In this document: piece by piece, positions 10,517 to 19,862 of the stretch
How the letters are laid out: the number at the start of each line of letters is the position of its first letter
Position numbering within the stretch: the stretch's first letter is position 1
DNA from: an uncultured Alistipes sp.
Lineage (GTDB): Bacteria > Bacteroidota > Bacteroidia > Bacteroidales > Rikenellaceae
Assembly (NCBI GenBank): GCA_958449275.1
Contig: CAUDHE010000002.1
Coordinates: 3,588 to 67,587, forward strand
Length of the DNA: 64,000 nt
Direction: 5' to 3'
Program-made: the position numbers and the translations under genes
The notes under the pieces: generated by a model
The model's database searches: none
Told to the model about the DNA's origin: nothing
Seen by the model: the letters and a program-made list of their open reading frames with translations, nothing else

Positions 10517-11875
10517 TCAGACGGTTCGGTTTCTGCCGCACGACAACATGTGGCGGCAGGCTATGACCGCTGTCGTCAGCATCTCCGACACGGGCATTGC
10601 GAGCCATATCCCCGCCGTGCCGATAATTTCGGGCAACAGCACGAACGCCGGAGCCAAGAATACGAATCCTCGCAGCACGGCGAATGCCGTAGCGGGGATC
10701 ACGCGCTCCAGACTTTGGTTGTAGCCTATTATCGTCAGATTGGATATGAAAAATACGAATCCCGTGGCGAACAGCGGCAGGCCGTCTATGGCTATGCGGG
10801 CCGCCGCATCGTCGGGCTGGAGGAAAAGCCCCGCAAGCTGACGCGGAAACAGCATGAATACGGCCATACTCGCAGTGCCGCACAGCACGGCCGTAAACAG
10901 CGCAATGCGCCCCGCGGAACTCACGCGCACACGGTCGCCGATCCCGAAATTATAGCTTATGATGGGCTGTGCCGACTGTGCTATCGCGTTTCCGACCATG
11001 AATGCGAACGGTGCGTAGTAGCATGCTATGCCGAACGCACCCACGCCGTCGTCGCCCAAATAGCGCATGAAAGCGCGGTTTCCCATAAACATAAGCATGG
11101 CCATAGTCAACTCGCCGAGCATGGCCGACGAACCTATGCGGCACTGATATCCCAGATTGCGAAGCGACAGACGCATGCTTTTCGCACTCCATTTCACCCT
11201 CTCGGGCCGCATGGTGCGGGCGAAGAGCAGCAGATACCCCATAGCCATCGTACCTCCTGCGGCGCAACTGAGCGATGTGGCGAACGCCGCGCCGCGCACA
11301 CCCCAGTCGAGCGGAAAAATGAACACGTAGTCGAGCACGACGTTTAGAACCGCCGATATCATACTGCACCACATGGCCACTTTCGGCGCACCGTCTATGC
11401 GTATGATGAACAGCGCGACCGCTATCCACATGTTGAATACCATCGACGGCATAAACCACCGCATATAGTCGAGCACCTGCGGCATCAGACTCTGCGAAGC
11501 CCCCAGCGCGAGCGCAACGGGACGCGCGAAGAGCATTACGAGAGTCGTGACGACCACGGTGACGAGGCTCACGAACGTCAGAGCCTGCGTTACGTTCATG
11601 CGTGCCGCCTTGAGGCGTCCCCGCCCCGAATGGACAGCTACCACCACCGAGCAACCGGTGCCGACCATAAGTCCGAATCCCGTGAATATCATCAGCAGGG
11701 GAATGCAGATATTGACTGCGGCGATTCCGTCGCTGCCGACGCCGTGCCCCACGAAGATGCCGTCGATGGCCGTCACGGCCGAAATGCTCAGCATGCCCAG
11801 CAGCGTGGGGATGAACAGCCGACGGAAAAGTTCGGCCACTTTCACCGTACCGAAATCGATAGTGTCTCTCTCCAT
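10517..11875 (-). CDS. MATE family efflux transporter
   Basis: Polytopic protein with a MATE-like N-terminus (LFRRLFIPTLLGMLSISAVTAIDGIFVGHGVG). The ATG at 11875 is preferred because a -7 box overlaps the ORF-track start at 11920. Confidence 0.88.
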   Translation of the reverse strand: MERDTIDFGTVKVAELFRRLFIPTLLGMLSISAVTAIDGIFVGHGVGSDGIAAVNICIPLLMIFTGFGLMVGTGCSVVVAVHSGRGRLKAARMNVTQALTFVSLVTVVVTTLVMLFARPVALALGASQSLMPQVLDYMRWFMPSMVFNMWIAVALFIIRIDGAPKVAMWCSMISAVLNVVLDYVFIFPLDWGVRGAAFATSLSCAAGGTMAMGYLLLFARTMRPERVKWSAKSMRLSLRNLGYQCRIGSSAMLGELTMAMLMFMGNRAFMRYLGDDGVGAFGIACYYAPFAFMVGNAIAQSAQPIISYNFGIGDRVRVSSAGRIALFTAVLCGTASMAVFMLFPRQLAGLFLQPDDAAARIAIDGLPLFATGFVFFISNLTIIGYNQSLERVIPATAFAVLRGFVFLAPAFVLLPEIIGTAGIWLAMPVSEMLTTAVIACRHMLSCGRNRTV

Positions 11876-11917
11876 AATTCTATTCTCAAGTTCAGGTTTC
11901 TCTATTTTGCGGCGCGG

Positions 11918-11949
11918 CAAATATATGTTTTATTTCATGGTTTGTCAAA
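11918..11949 (-). promoter_or_regulatory. Promoter of the MATE gene (-7 TATATTTG, -33 TTTG)
   Basis: Plus-strand CAAATATA at 11918-11925 and CAAA at 11946-11949, with a 20-nt spacer. Confidence 0.5.
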
Positions 11950-11990
11950 CGATTTTTCTTATCAAAAATATATTTTCATAAGCGGAGTTA

Positions 11991-11999
11991 CCCCCCCCC
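11991..11999. repeat. C9 homopolymer (G9 on the gene strand) in intergenic DNA
   Basis: ccccccccc read directly, about 65 nt upstream of the MATE -7 box. Confidence 0.95.
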
Positions 12000-12166
12000 T
12001 GCAATTACGCTCAAACAGCTGTATAACAATAATATAATAGCTATCATGCCGACTCGCCGACGGACAAAAAAAACAGTCCGCCGCGCGAGTGGCGACAGAC
12101 TGCCCGCATCGCACGGCGATGTCGAATTTCGAAATGTAAATGTTGTAAGCGCGCCTACGGATATCC

Positions 12167-12424
12167 CTATACCGTCGTCTTTTTTGCGGGGCGTATCAGC
12201 GATACGATCCACAACAGCACCACGGCGCCGATTATCGAGCATATAATGCTGCCGAACGTGCTTGCGGGTACCCAGCCGAACCACGAAAAAATCCAGCCGC
12301 CGAGCAATCCGCCCACCAGGCCGACGATAAGATTGATAATGAGACCCGACCCGCCTCCTCGGACGATCAGGTTGGCGATCCAGCCTGCGAAAAGGCCGAT
12401 CAGCAAGTACCATAAAAAGAACAT
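12167..12424 (-). CDS. GlsB/YeaQ/YmgE-family small stress membrane protein
   Basis: 85 aa, MFFLWYLLIGLFAGWIANLIVRGGGSGLIINLIVGLVGGLLGGWIF... The longer ORF 12167-12733 runs through the tRNA and is rejected. Confidence 0.85.
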   Translation of the reverse strand: MFFLWYLLIGLFAGWIANLIVRGGGSGLIINLIVGLVGGLLGGWIFSWFGWVPASTFGSIICSIIGAVVLLWIVSLIRPAKKTTV

Positions 12425-12653
12425 ACGAAAAACACTTAAAAGGTTATCCAATTGTTTTGTCGACCTTACCCCTGCAAAAACGATACCCCTTTTCCCTCGG
12501 CCGCAGCAGCCGGTCCTGTTTCGGCCTCGGACCGCGATCTGCAAATATCCCATGCGAGCAATGGAGGCCATAGCGTCGTACGGTTCGCCGCGAGACTCGC
12601 GGGGGAGGGCGATCATCGGGCTGCAAATGAGGAGACGAAGCGGGAAAATATCT

Positions 12654-12683
12654 AAAACGAAAAAGCGACCGTTCTTCGGTCGC
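12654..12683 (-). terminator. Terminator just 3' of tRNA-Glu
   Basis: Minus strand reads gcgaccg-aagaa-cggtcgc, followed by TTTTTCGTTTT. Confidence 0.7.
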
Positions 12684-12685
12684 TT

Positions 12686-12760
12686 TGGTAGTGGATAGGG
12701 GATTCGAACCCCTATGTCATGCGTGAGAGGCATGTATCCTAGCCCTTAGATGAATCCACC
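12686..12760 (-). tRNA. tRNA-Glu (anticodon CUC), CCA encoded
   Basis: Hand-folded cloverleaf. Acceptor stem GGTGGAT/ATCCACT (G1-U72), 4-bp D stem, anticodon stem CATGC/GCATG with loop CU-CUC-AC, T arm AGGGG-TTCGAAT-CCCCT, 3' ACCA. Confidence 0.85.
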
Positions 12761-12774
12761 ATGATTTTATGCTG

Positions 12775-12805
12775 CAAAGATAGGGCAAAAAATATTATCT
12801 GCAAA
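12775..12805 (-). promoter_or_regulatory. Promoter of tRNA-Glu (-7 TATCTTTG, -33 TTTG)
   Basis: Plus-strand CAAAGATA at 12775-12782, 15 nt from the tRNA 5' end. CAAA at 12802-12805, 19-nt spacer. Confidence 0.6.
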
Positions 12806-12870
12806 TTTTTCGCACAAAAAAATGATATTTTTTACAATATTGCCTCTCAGCCGAGGCAATGGAGGCCCAC

Positions 12871-12913
12871 AGTAATAAAAAATCGAGGTCGTCCCACGTG
12901 GGGCGACCTCGAT
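12871..12913 (-). terminator. Rho-independent terminator of the OmpA/TPR lipoprotein gene
   Basis: 14-bp stem 12882-12895/12900-12913 (one G-U pair), followed on the minus strand by TTTTTTATTACT. Confidence 0.75.
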
Positions 12914-12936
12914 AGATGATTTTTCCGAAACGCAGT

Positions 12937-14691
12937 TTAGAGCTTGAATCCGCCTGCGAAAAGGTTCGAAAGATTCACATCCTTGGCAGCCTTGGCGGCG
13001 AGCGACGAATCCTTCGAAATCGCGCTGCGGAGCTGCGTCTTGGCAGTCTCCAGATCGCCCTCTTTCGATGCTATCACGGCGCGCAGATAGTCGGCCTTGG
13101 CCGAGGTATCCGACGACAGAGCCTTCTTGGCCGCAGTCAAGTCGTTGTTCATCGTGTTGGCGATGGCGGCATTGTAGCCCGTGAGGGTCGAGGCTGCGGG
13201 GCTGTAGTTGCCCTGAGCGGCGGCGATCATCGACTTGGTTTTGGCATCGGCTGCGGCGGCATACTGCTGAGCTTTCGTAACGTTGCCGTTGGCAAGGTTG
13301 GCCAAAGCGAGGTTGCTGTTGATCTCGTTGTTGTTGAGACCCAACTGAGCGGCCTTCTCGTAAGCGGCCAGAGCCTTGGCGTTCTCGCCCAGCGAGGCGT
13401 AAACCACGCCGAGATTGTTGTATGCGCGGGCGTCGTTGAACTTCTTGGCGGCATACTCCAGCACGGCAGCCTTGGCTTTGGCGTCGGTCAGGACGCTCTC
13501 GGCCATGTAAAGCAGCTCCTCGTCGGTCAACTCGTCCAGACGGCCCGAGTTGATCAGAGCGGCCATTTCGGCGTCGGTCTTACCCTTGATGTCAGTGCTG
13601 TTCACCAGCTGCGCGCGGCGCAGTTTGGGAAGGATCTCCTTCTTCAGCTCGGTGAATACGGCCGACATGTTCTTGATCTCAGACTCGCGCTGCGACGACG
13701 AATCGTAACGGCGCAGAACCTGAAGAATGATATCCTTATCCTCGATGTCCGAAGCGGCTACCAACTCCTGGAATCCCTCCCAGTCCTCGCCGTAAGAGGC
13801 TACGTCGAGATCCATACCGGTGTCCTTGAGCAGTTTGTCGGCAGTCTTCTTACCCGACTTCGAACGGGCATTCGAAAGGTTGTCGTTGAATTTCTCGGGA
13901 CCGTCGGGCGAAGCGTAACCGTTCACATAGAGCTTCTGCGTAGCGCGATCGTTGGCCTGAGTCTCCACGACATTGCGCTTGAACGACTTCAGATCCTCGC
14001 TGTTGGCAGCCTTGTTCGACACGGTAGCCGAGTTGATGGCGTACATGATGTCGGCTTTGGTAACCACGGTGGTCACGTTCTTGTAGTTGTTGGCCGTATT
14101 CGACATTACGGCAGCGTAGTCCAGATCGCTCTGGAGCGTGTTGACGCCCTTGGCGACGGGAAGCGAGAATGCCTTCTTCACTGCCTGTGCCTCCTGACCG
14201 CCTGCGGCCAGAGCCTGCTGCTCAAGCTTACCTGCCAGAGCACCCGTGTTGGCGTTCACCAGAGTGAAGGTCTTGCACTTGCCCGAAGGACACTTGACCT
14301 CGACGAGCAGACGCAGTTCGCTCTTGGCCATGCGTGCGTCGTAGGGGAACTCCACATGCTGGGTGAACGTGCCGCCCATGGCATTATCCACCACGGTGTA
14401 GTTGTCGTTCACCTTGGTACCCTGAAAATACTTGGCAGCACCCTCGACGATACCGCCCTCGAACACCATGACGGGGGTAACCTTCAGCACGGCTTTCTTG
14501 TTGTAGTACTTGGCGGGGAAGTTGACCGTGATGTCGGCCTCGACCTTGCCGTTGTTGAGCGCCAGAACGTCGGGAGTGCAGGCTACGGTCACCTGATCCT
14601 GTTTCTTGGCCATCTTGCCGAAGCAGTTGCAACCCGTCAAAGCGAGCGATGCGGCTGCCGCGATAATCATTAACTTCAATGAGTTTTTCAT
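12937..14691 (-). CDS. Lipoprotein with an OmpA-like peptidoglycan-binding segment and C-terminal TPR repeats
   Basis: Lipoprotein signal MKNSLKLMIIAAAASLALTGC. GYASPDGPEKFNDNLSNARS (OmpA_C-like). TPR-like AYNNLGVVYASLGENAKALAAYEKAAQL. Confidence 0.7.
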   Translation of the reverse strand: MKNSLKLMIIAAAASLALTGCNCFGKMAKKQDQVTVACTPDVLALNNGKVEADITVNFPAKYYNKKAVLKVTPVMVFEGGIVEGAAKYFQGTKVNDNYTVVDNAMGGTFTQHVEFPYDARMAKSELRLLVEVKCPSGKCKTFTLVNANTGALAGKLEQQALAAGGQEAQAVKKAFSLPVAKGVNTLQSDLDYAAVMSNTANNYKNVTTVVTKADIMYAINSATVSNKAANSEDLKSFKRNVVETQANDRATQKLYVNGYASPDGPEKFNDNLSNARSKSGKKTADKLLKDTGMDLDVASYGEDWEGFQELVAASDIEDKDIILQVLRRYDSSSQRESEIKNMSAVFTELKKEILPKLRRAQLVNSTDIKGKTDAEMAALINSGRLDELTDEELLYMAESVLTDAKAKAAVLEYAAKKFNDARAYNNLGVVYASLGENAKALAAYEKAAQLGLNNNEINSNLALANLANGNVTKAQQYAAAADAKTKSMIAAAQGNYSPAASTLTGYNAAIANTMNNDLTAAKKALSSDTSAKADYLRAVIASKEGDLETAKTQLRSAISKDSSLAAKAAKDVNLSNLFAGGFKL

Positions 14692-14746
14692 GATGATATT
14701 ACAATTTAACGTTTAATAAAGTCTCTTCATCGACAGTCGGGCTCCG

Positions 14747-16972
14747 TTATCGCTTGTTGCGCGGCTCGCGGTCGCCTCTTTCGCCGCGGGGACGTCCGCC
14801 CTCGCGGGGTTTGCGCTCACGCTCCACCCATCCCTCGGGCTTGGGAAGCAGCGCCTTGCGCGAAAGTTTGTATTTGTTGGTCTTGGGATCGACGCCTATG
14901 AGCTTCACCTCTATGCGGTCGCCCTCCTTGAGACCCGTCTCTTCCATGGTCTCGAAACGCTTGTAGTCAATCTCCGAAATATGCAGCAAAGCCTCCTTGC
15001 CGGGCAGTATCTCGACGAACGCGCCGAACGATACGACGCTCTTGATCGGGCCTTCGTACACCTCGCCCACCTCGGGAACGGCAACGATAGCCTTGATGCG
15101 GGCCAAAGCTCCGTCCAAAGCCTCCTTGTCCACGCCGAAGATATCCACGACGCCCGCCACCTCGTTCTCGGTGATGGTGATGGTGGTATTGGTGGTCTTC
15201 TGAATGTCCTGAATGACCTTGCCGCCCGGGCCGATAACGGCACCGATGAAGTCTTTGTCGATGGTGATCTGCACGATGCGGGGAACGAACGGACGGTAGT
15301 CGGCACGCGGCTCGGCTATGCACTCGGTGATCTTGCCCAGGATGTGCATGCGGCCTATGCGGGCCTGCTCCAGAGCCTTGGCCAGCACCTCGTACGAGAG
15401 GCCGTCGACCTTGATATCCATCTGCGTGGCGGTGATACCGTCGGCGGTACCCGTCACCTTGAAGTCCATGTCGCCCAGGTGATCCTCGTCGCCGAGAATA
15501 TCCGACAGCACGGCCCAGCGGCCCGTCGCCGAATCGGAAATAAGACCCATGGCGATACCCGAAACGGGTTTCTTGATCTTAACGCCCGCATCCATCAGAG
15601 CCAGCGTACCCGCGCAGACGGTAGCCATCGACGACGAACCGTTCGACTCCAGAATGTCCGACACTACGCGCAGCGCATATGGCATCGCCTCGCCCGTGGG
15701 GATCATGGGCTTCAGCGCACGCCAAGCCAAATGGCCATGGCCGATCTCGCGACGGCTCACACCGCGCGCGGGACGCGCCTCACCCGTAGAGAAAGGCGGG
15801 AAATTATAGTGAAGAGTAAATTTCTCGGTACCCTGCACCAAAGCCTCGTCGATCATCTTCTCGTCGAGCTTGGTACCGAGCGTGACGGTCGTGAGCGACT
15901 GCGTCTCGCCGCGGGTGAAGATGGCCGAACCGTGCGCCGCGGGCAGGTAGCCCACCTCGCACCAGATGGGGCGGATCTCGTCGGTACGGCGGCCGTCCAG
16001 ACGCTTGCCCTCGTCGAGGATCATGTTGCGCATGGCCTTCTTCTGCACGTCGTCGTGGAAATATTTGTGGATCAGGGGAGCCTTCTCAACCAACTCCTCC
16101 TCCGTGAAGCGCGACGCGAACTCGGCCTCCAGAGCGTCGAACGCATCCGAGCGCTCGTGCTTGGCCGTGCCGCTGGTGGCTATGGCGTAGGCCTTGTCGT
16201 AGAGCTCGGCGATGATGGTCCGGCGCAACTCCTCGTCATTGTTCTCGTGGCAGTAGGTGCGCTTCACGTCCTTGCCCAGCTCTTTCGACAGCTCGATCTG
16301 TACGGCACACTGCTTCTTGATCTCTTCGTGGGCGAACTTGATGGCGCCGAGCATCACATCCTCCGACACCTCCTTCATCTCGCCCTCGACCATGAGGATG
16401 TTGTCGATGGTACCTCCGACCATGATGTCGAGATCGGCGGCCTCCATCTGCGAGAAGTTGGGGTTGATTACGTACTCGCCGTCGATACGGGCCACGCGCA
16501 CCTCCGAAATGGGACCTCCGAAAGGAATGTCCGACACGGCCAGCGCAGCCGAGGCGGCCAGACCCGCCAGAGCGTCGGGCTGAATATCCTTATCGGCCGA
16601 TATGAGGTTTACGGTAACGAACACGTCGGCATGGTAATCCGAAGGGAACAGAGGACGCAGTGCGCGGTCGATCAGACGCGCCACCAGCACTTCGGCGTCG
16701 CTGGCCTTGCCCTCGCGCTTCATGAAACCGCCGGGGAATCGTCCGCACGAAGCGAACTTCTCCTTGTATTCCACCTGCAAGGGCATGAAATCGGTACCCT
16801 CCTTGGCCTCCTTGGCGGCCACGACGGTACCCAGCAACATGGTGTCGCCCATCTTGACGACAACGGCACCGTCGGCCTGTTTGGCCAATTTGCCGGTCTC
16901 GATCATGATCTCGCGGCCGTCAGCCAGCGTGATCGTTTTTTGTACAGCGTTGTACAATTTCATTTCTTCCAT
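14747..16972 (-). CDS. pnp: Polyribonucleotide nucleotidyltransferase (PNPase)
   Basis: 741 aa with two RNase PH-like halves, KH and S1 regions and a basic C-terminal tail. Sits in the classic position downstream of rpsO. Confidence 0.97.
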   Translation of the reverse strand: MEEMKLYNAVQKTITLADGREIMIETGKLAKQADGAVVVKMGDTMLLGTVVAAKEAKEGTDFMPLQVEYKEKFASCGRFPGGFMKREGKASDAEVLVARLIDRALRPLFPSDYHADVFVTVNLISADKDIQPDALAGLAASAALAVSDIPFGGPISEVRVARIDGEYVINPNFSQMEAADLDIMVGGTIDNILMVEGEMKEVSEDVMLGAIKFAHEEIKKQCAVQIELSKELGKDVKRTYCHENNDEELRRTIIAELYDKAYAIATSGTAKHERSDAFDALEAEFASRFTEEELVEKAPLIHKYFHDDVQKKAMRNMILDEGKRLDGRRTDEIRPIWCEVGYLPAAHGSAIFTRGETQSLTTVTLGTKLDEKMIDEALVQGTEKFTLHYNFPPFSTGEARPARGVSRREIGHGHLAWRALKPMIPTGEAMPYALRVVSDILESNGSSSMATVCAGTLALMDAGVKIKKPVSGIAMGLISDSATGRWAVLSDILGDEDHLGDMDFKVTGTADGITATQMDIKVDGLSYEVLAKALEQARIGRMHILGKITECIAEPRADYRPFVPRIVQITIDKDFIGAVIGPGGKVIQDIQKTTNTTITITENEVAGVVDIFGVDKEALDGALARIKAIVAVPEVGEVYEGPIKSVVSFGAFVEILPGKEALLHISEIDYKRFETMEETGLKEGDRIEVKLIGVDPKTNKYKLSRKALLPKPEGWVERERKPREGGRPRGERGDREPRNKR

Positions 16973-17080
16973 AAAATATTTTTCGTCTAATAAGAATTTT
17001 CACGCAAAAAATGTCCGACGAGCATCGCCCGTACGCCTCGTGCGGCGCGGCCGATCGTCCCGTCGCAACATTTTTCGGAG

Positions 17081-17108
17081 AAGAGGCTGTCTGTTCCGAC
17101 AGCCTCTT
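17081..17108 (-). promoter_or_regulatory. rpsO-pnp intergenic stem-loop (attenuator or processing-site candidate)
   Basis: 11-bp perfect stem aagaggctgtc/gacagcctctt with a 6-nt loop, 19 nt after the rpsO stop. No U-tract. Confidence 0.5.
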
Positions 17109-17126
17109 TTACGCCTCGATCGCGGA

Positions 17127-17399
17127 TTACTTGCGGAGATTGAGAGTCTTGATGATTGCGCGGTAGCGCTCGATGTCGATCTCCTTGAGGTACTCCAGCA
17201 ACTGGCGACGCTTACCTACCAAACGCAACAGCGAGCGCTGCGTTCCGAAGTCGTGCTTGTTGCTCTTGAGGTGCTCAGTAAGGTGGCTGATACGGTACGA
17301 AAACAGCGCGATCTGGCTCTCTGGAGAACCCGTATCGGTGTTAGACTTGCCGTACTTGCCGAAAAGCTCTTGCTTTTTCTCTGCTGTTAAATAAGCCAT
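17127..17399 (-). CDS. rpsO: 30S ribosomal protein S15
   Basis: 90 aa, MAYLTAEKKQELFGKYG...HLKSNKHDFGTQRSLLRLVGKRRQLLEYL. Confidence 0.97.
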   Translation of the reverse strand: MAYLTAEKKQELFGKYGKSNTDTGSPESQIALFSYRISHLTEHLKSNKHDFGTQRSLLRLVGKRRQLLEYLKEIDIERYRAIIKTLNLRK

Positions 17400-17508
17400 A
17401 AAAAAATTTGATTTGTGGACCGCGGCGCATTCCGTCCAGAACGCACACGACCCGAGGTTTCACTCCGCGACGCATTCCCCTTACCGTGAATAACGTCGGA
17501 GCGTGCGA

Positions 17509-17516
17509 CAAAATTA
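17509..17516 (-). promoter_or_regulatory. Candidate -7 box (TAATTTTG) for rpsO
   Basis: Plus-strand CAAAATTA, about 110 nt upstream of the rpsO ATG. Confidence 0.35.
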
Positions 17517-17623
17517 ATTCGAATTTAATTCAGATACAAATATTTTGCGCTCAAAAAAGACGATTTTCCGCCCCTTCGGACCCCGTTTTTTCTCGGCTTT
17601 GACGATAATTTGCCAAAATTACG

Positions 17624-17631
17624 TATATTTG
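17624..17631 (+). promoter_or_regulatory. -7 box TATATTTG for apbE
   Basis: Exact match 79 nt upstream of the ATG at 17710. TTTG at 17598-17601 gives a 22-nt spacer. Confidence 0.45.
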
Positions 17632-17709
17632 CGCAGTAATGCCGATGCGGCGAGCGGTGCGGCAACGCACGCGGGAACACCTCCCGAGGCTCGGCGGTCG
17701 TGCGGAATT

Positions 17710-18759
17710 ATGTACCGTACAATGAATTTACGAACTCTTTGCCTGTCTTCGTGCATGGCAGCCGCGCTCGTGACAGCGGGATGCCGCAAGGTCGATGCCC
17801 CCTATGCGGAGGTCGACGGCGAAATGCTGGGCACGTTCGTGCACGTCAGCGCCCGTACCGCACTCCCTTCGTCGGAGCTCTACGCACGGGTGAAGGCGAT
17901 CGACGCCGAGATGAAACGCTCGATGTCGATCTTCGACGACGAATCGCTTCTGAGCCGCATAAACCGAGGCGAGACCGACAGCGTGGACAATCACATAAAA
18001 TTCAATCTCGAACTGGCGGGGCGCGTCAACGCCGAGAGCGACGGAGCCTACGACGTGACGGTGAAGCCGTTGGTCGAGGCATACGGCTTCGCGGGCAAGG
18101 ACCGCTCGCGAACGGTGAACGTCGATTCGATCATGCAATTCGTAGGGTTCGGCAAAGTGCGCGTCGAGGGCGATCGTCTGGCGAAGGACGACCCGCGCAT
18201 ACAGCTCGATTTCAATTCGATAGCCAAAGGATACACGGTCGACGCGGTGGCCCGCATGCTCCGCGAGGCGGGTATAGACGACTATCTGGTCGATATCGGC
18301 GGCGAGGTGAGTTGCAGCGGCAAGAATCCCAAAGGCGACGCATGGCGGGTGGGGGTGGAGACCCCGTTCGACGGCAACGACATACCGGGCAGCCACGTGC
18401 AGCAGGTCATATCGCTGAGCGACTGCGCGCTGGCCACATCGGGCAACTACCGCCGATACTACATCGACGATCGGGGCCGCAAGGTGGCTCATACGATAGA
18501 TCCCTCGACGGGATTGAGCGCGGTGACCGACCTGCTGTCGGCCACGGTGGCGGCAGCCACGTGCGCCGAGGCCGATGCCTACGGCACCATGTTCATGGCC
18601 TTGGGCAAGGAGAGAGCCATAGAGTATGCCCGCCGTCTGGAGAGCCGCGGCGTGCTGGTCTATTTCATAACGGCCGCGGCCGACGGAGGCTACGAAGTAT
18701 ACTATTCGAAGGCTTTGGGCGCGGCATTGAAGCACATCGAAGGATTTCACGCTATTTGA
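17710..18759 (+). CDS. apbE: FAD:protein FMN transferase ApbE (lipoprotein)
   Basis: Lipoprotein signal MYRTMNLRTLCLSSCMAAALVTAGC and ApbE-like ...LATSGNYRRYY...HTIDP. ORF-track start 17545 rejected. Confidence 0.88.
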   Translation: MYRTMNLRTLCLSSCMAAALVTAGCRKVDAPYAEVDGEMLGTFVHVSARTALPSSELYARVKAIDAEMKRSMSIFDDESLLSRINRGETDSVDNHIKFNLELAGRVNAESDGAYDVTVKPLVEAYGFAGKDRSRTVNVDSIMQFVGFGKVRVEGDRLAKDDPRIQLDFNSIAKGYTVDAVARMLREAGIDDYLVDIGGEVSCSGKNPKGDAWRVGVETPFDGNDIPGSHVQQVISLSDCALATSGNYRRYYIDDRGRKVAHTIDPSTGLSAVTDLLSATVAAATCAEADAYGTMFMALGKERAIEYARRLESRGVLVYFITAAADGGYEVYYSKALGAALKHIEGFHAI

Positions 18760-18797
18760 TCGACGGCGGGACCGTCGGTCGAAAACGTAAGAATAAT

Positions 18798-19697
18798 ATG
18801 AGAAAAGCAGTGTTGCTATATAATACGCAGGCGGGACGCGGCAAGATCGGTCGTAACATCGACAAGATCGTAGCCGTTTTCCACGAGGCGGGTTACGACA
18901 TGCGGCCGAAGATCATAGAGTTCGGCGAAAATCCGCTCGACGGAAACGAGAATGTCGATCTGGCGGTAGTCGCGGGCGGCGACGGAACTCTTAATTACAT
19001 AATTAACGCCATGAAACGCAAGGGGTTGTCGCTCACGTTGGGTGTCATACCCGCGGGTACGGCCAACGATTTCGCAGGGGCGCTGGGCATGTCGCGCAAC
19101 ATCCTGAAAGCCGCACGGCAGATAGCATGCGGCACGGTGGAACAGATCGATTGCGGCGTGATGGAGCAGATAGGCCGCGGACGCGAAAAGGATATCTATT
19201 TCGTCAACATATTCAGTTTCGGAATCTTCACCACCACATCGCAACATACGCCCGAGGGGCTGAAGCATCGTATAGGCCGTCTGGCCTATCTCTTCGCGGG
19301 TCTGAAGGATCTGAAGAATCTGCACAGCATACCGCTCACCATCGCCACCGACGAGGAGACGTTCGAGTATCAGACGCTGATGGGGCTGGTGTTCAACGGC
19401 GAGACGGCGGGACGCGTGCCTTTGGCGCGCAAATCGAGCCTGCGCGACGGAGTGTTCGACTGTCTGTTCCTGCGCAAGCGTAATCCGTTGCTCTCGGCGT
19501 GCGACATGCTGCTGTATGTGTTGGGGATAAACACGGGAGCCGTAAAATTCCTGCGCACGGGCACCCTCACGCTCACGACCCCCGTAAGCGAGGATACGGA
19601 TGTCGACGGACAGCGCGGAGGCAAGTTCCCGATGAGAGTGAAATGCCTTCACGGCGACCTGAACGTGATCTGCCCGAGCGACCGCGCGGCGGAGTGA
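18798..19697 (+). CDS. Diacylglycerol/lipid kinase family protein (YegS-like)
   Basis: MRKAVLLYNTQAGRGK..., GGDGTLNYIINAM, IPAGTANDFA. The ORF-track frame stays open back to 17700 but that part overlaps apbE. Confidence 0.88.
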   Translation: MRKAVLLYNTQAGRGKIGRNIDKIVAVFHEAGYDMRPKIIEFGENPLDGNENVDLAVVAGGDGTLNYIINAMKRKGLSLTLGVIPAGTANDFAGALGMSRNILKAARQIACGTVEQIDCGVMEQIGRGREKDIYFVNIFSFGIFTTTSQHTPEGLKHRIGRLAYLFAGLKDLKNLHSIPLTIATDEETFEYQTLMGLVFNGETAGRVPLARKSSLRDGVFDCLFLRKRNPLLSACDMLLYVLGINTGAVKFLRTGTLTLTTPVSEDTDVDGQRGGKFPMRVKCLHGDLNVICPSDRAAE

Positions 19698-19862
19698 GGA
19701 CAGGCATCGCATATGCGGCCGAAGTCCCCTCCCGAGGATGGGATTTAGGGGAGGGTCGGATTTGCAAACGCGGCCGAAGGTCGCGAACGGAACGACGGGC
19801 GGACGAGATCCGCAGTCGGAAAACACGCTAAGTGTTGAGGATACAATTGCCAAACAGAATAT

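Noticed and set aside
12558-12867. Direct 12-mer gcaatggaggcc on both sides of the tRNA-Glu, considered as att-like scars of an integrated element
   Set aside because: The copies are only about 300 bp apart and enclose nothing but the tRNA and its promoter and terminator. No integrase is nearby. A single 12-mer coincidence in 64 kb cannot be excluded.
12916-16990. Long plus-strand ORFs 12916-14673 (585 aa) and 14981-16990 (669 aa), antisense to the OmpA/TPR gene and pnp
   Set aside because: Same GC-driven antisense artefact. pnp and the lipoprotein are unambiguous on the minus strand.
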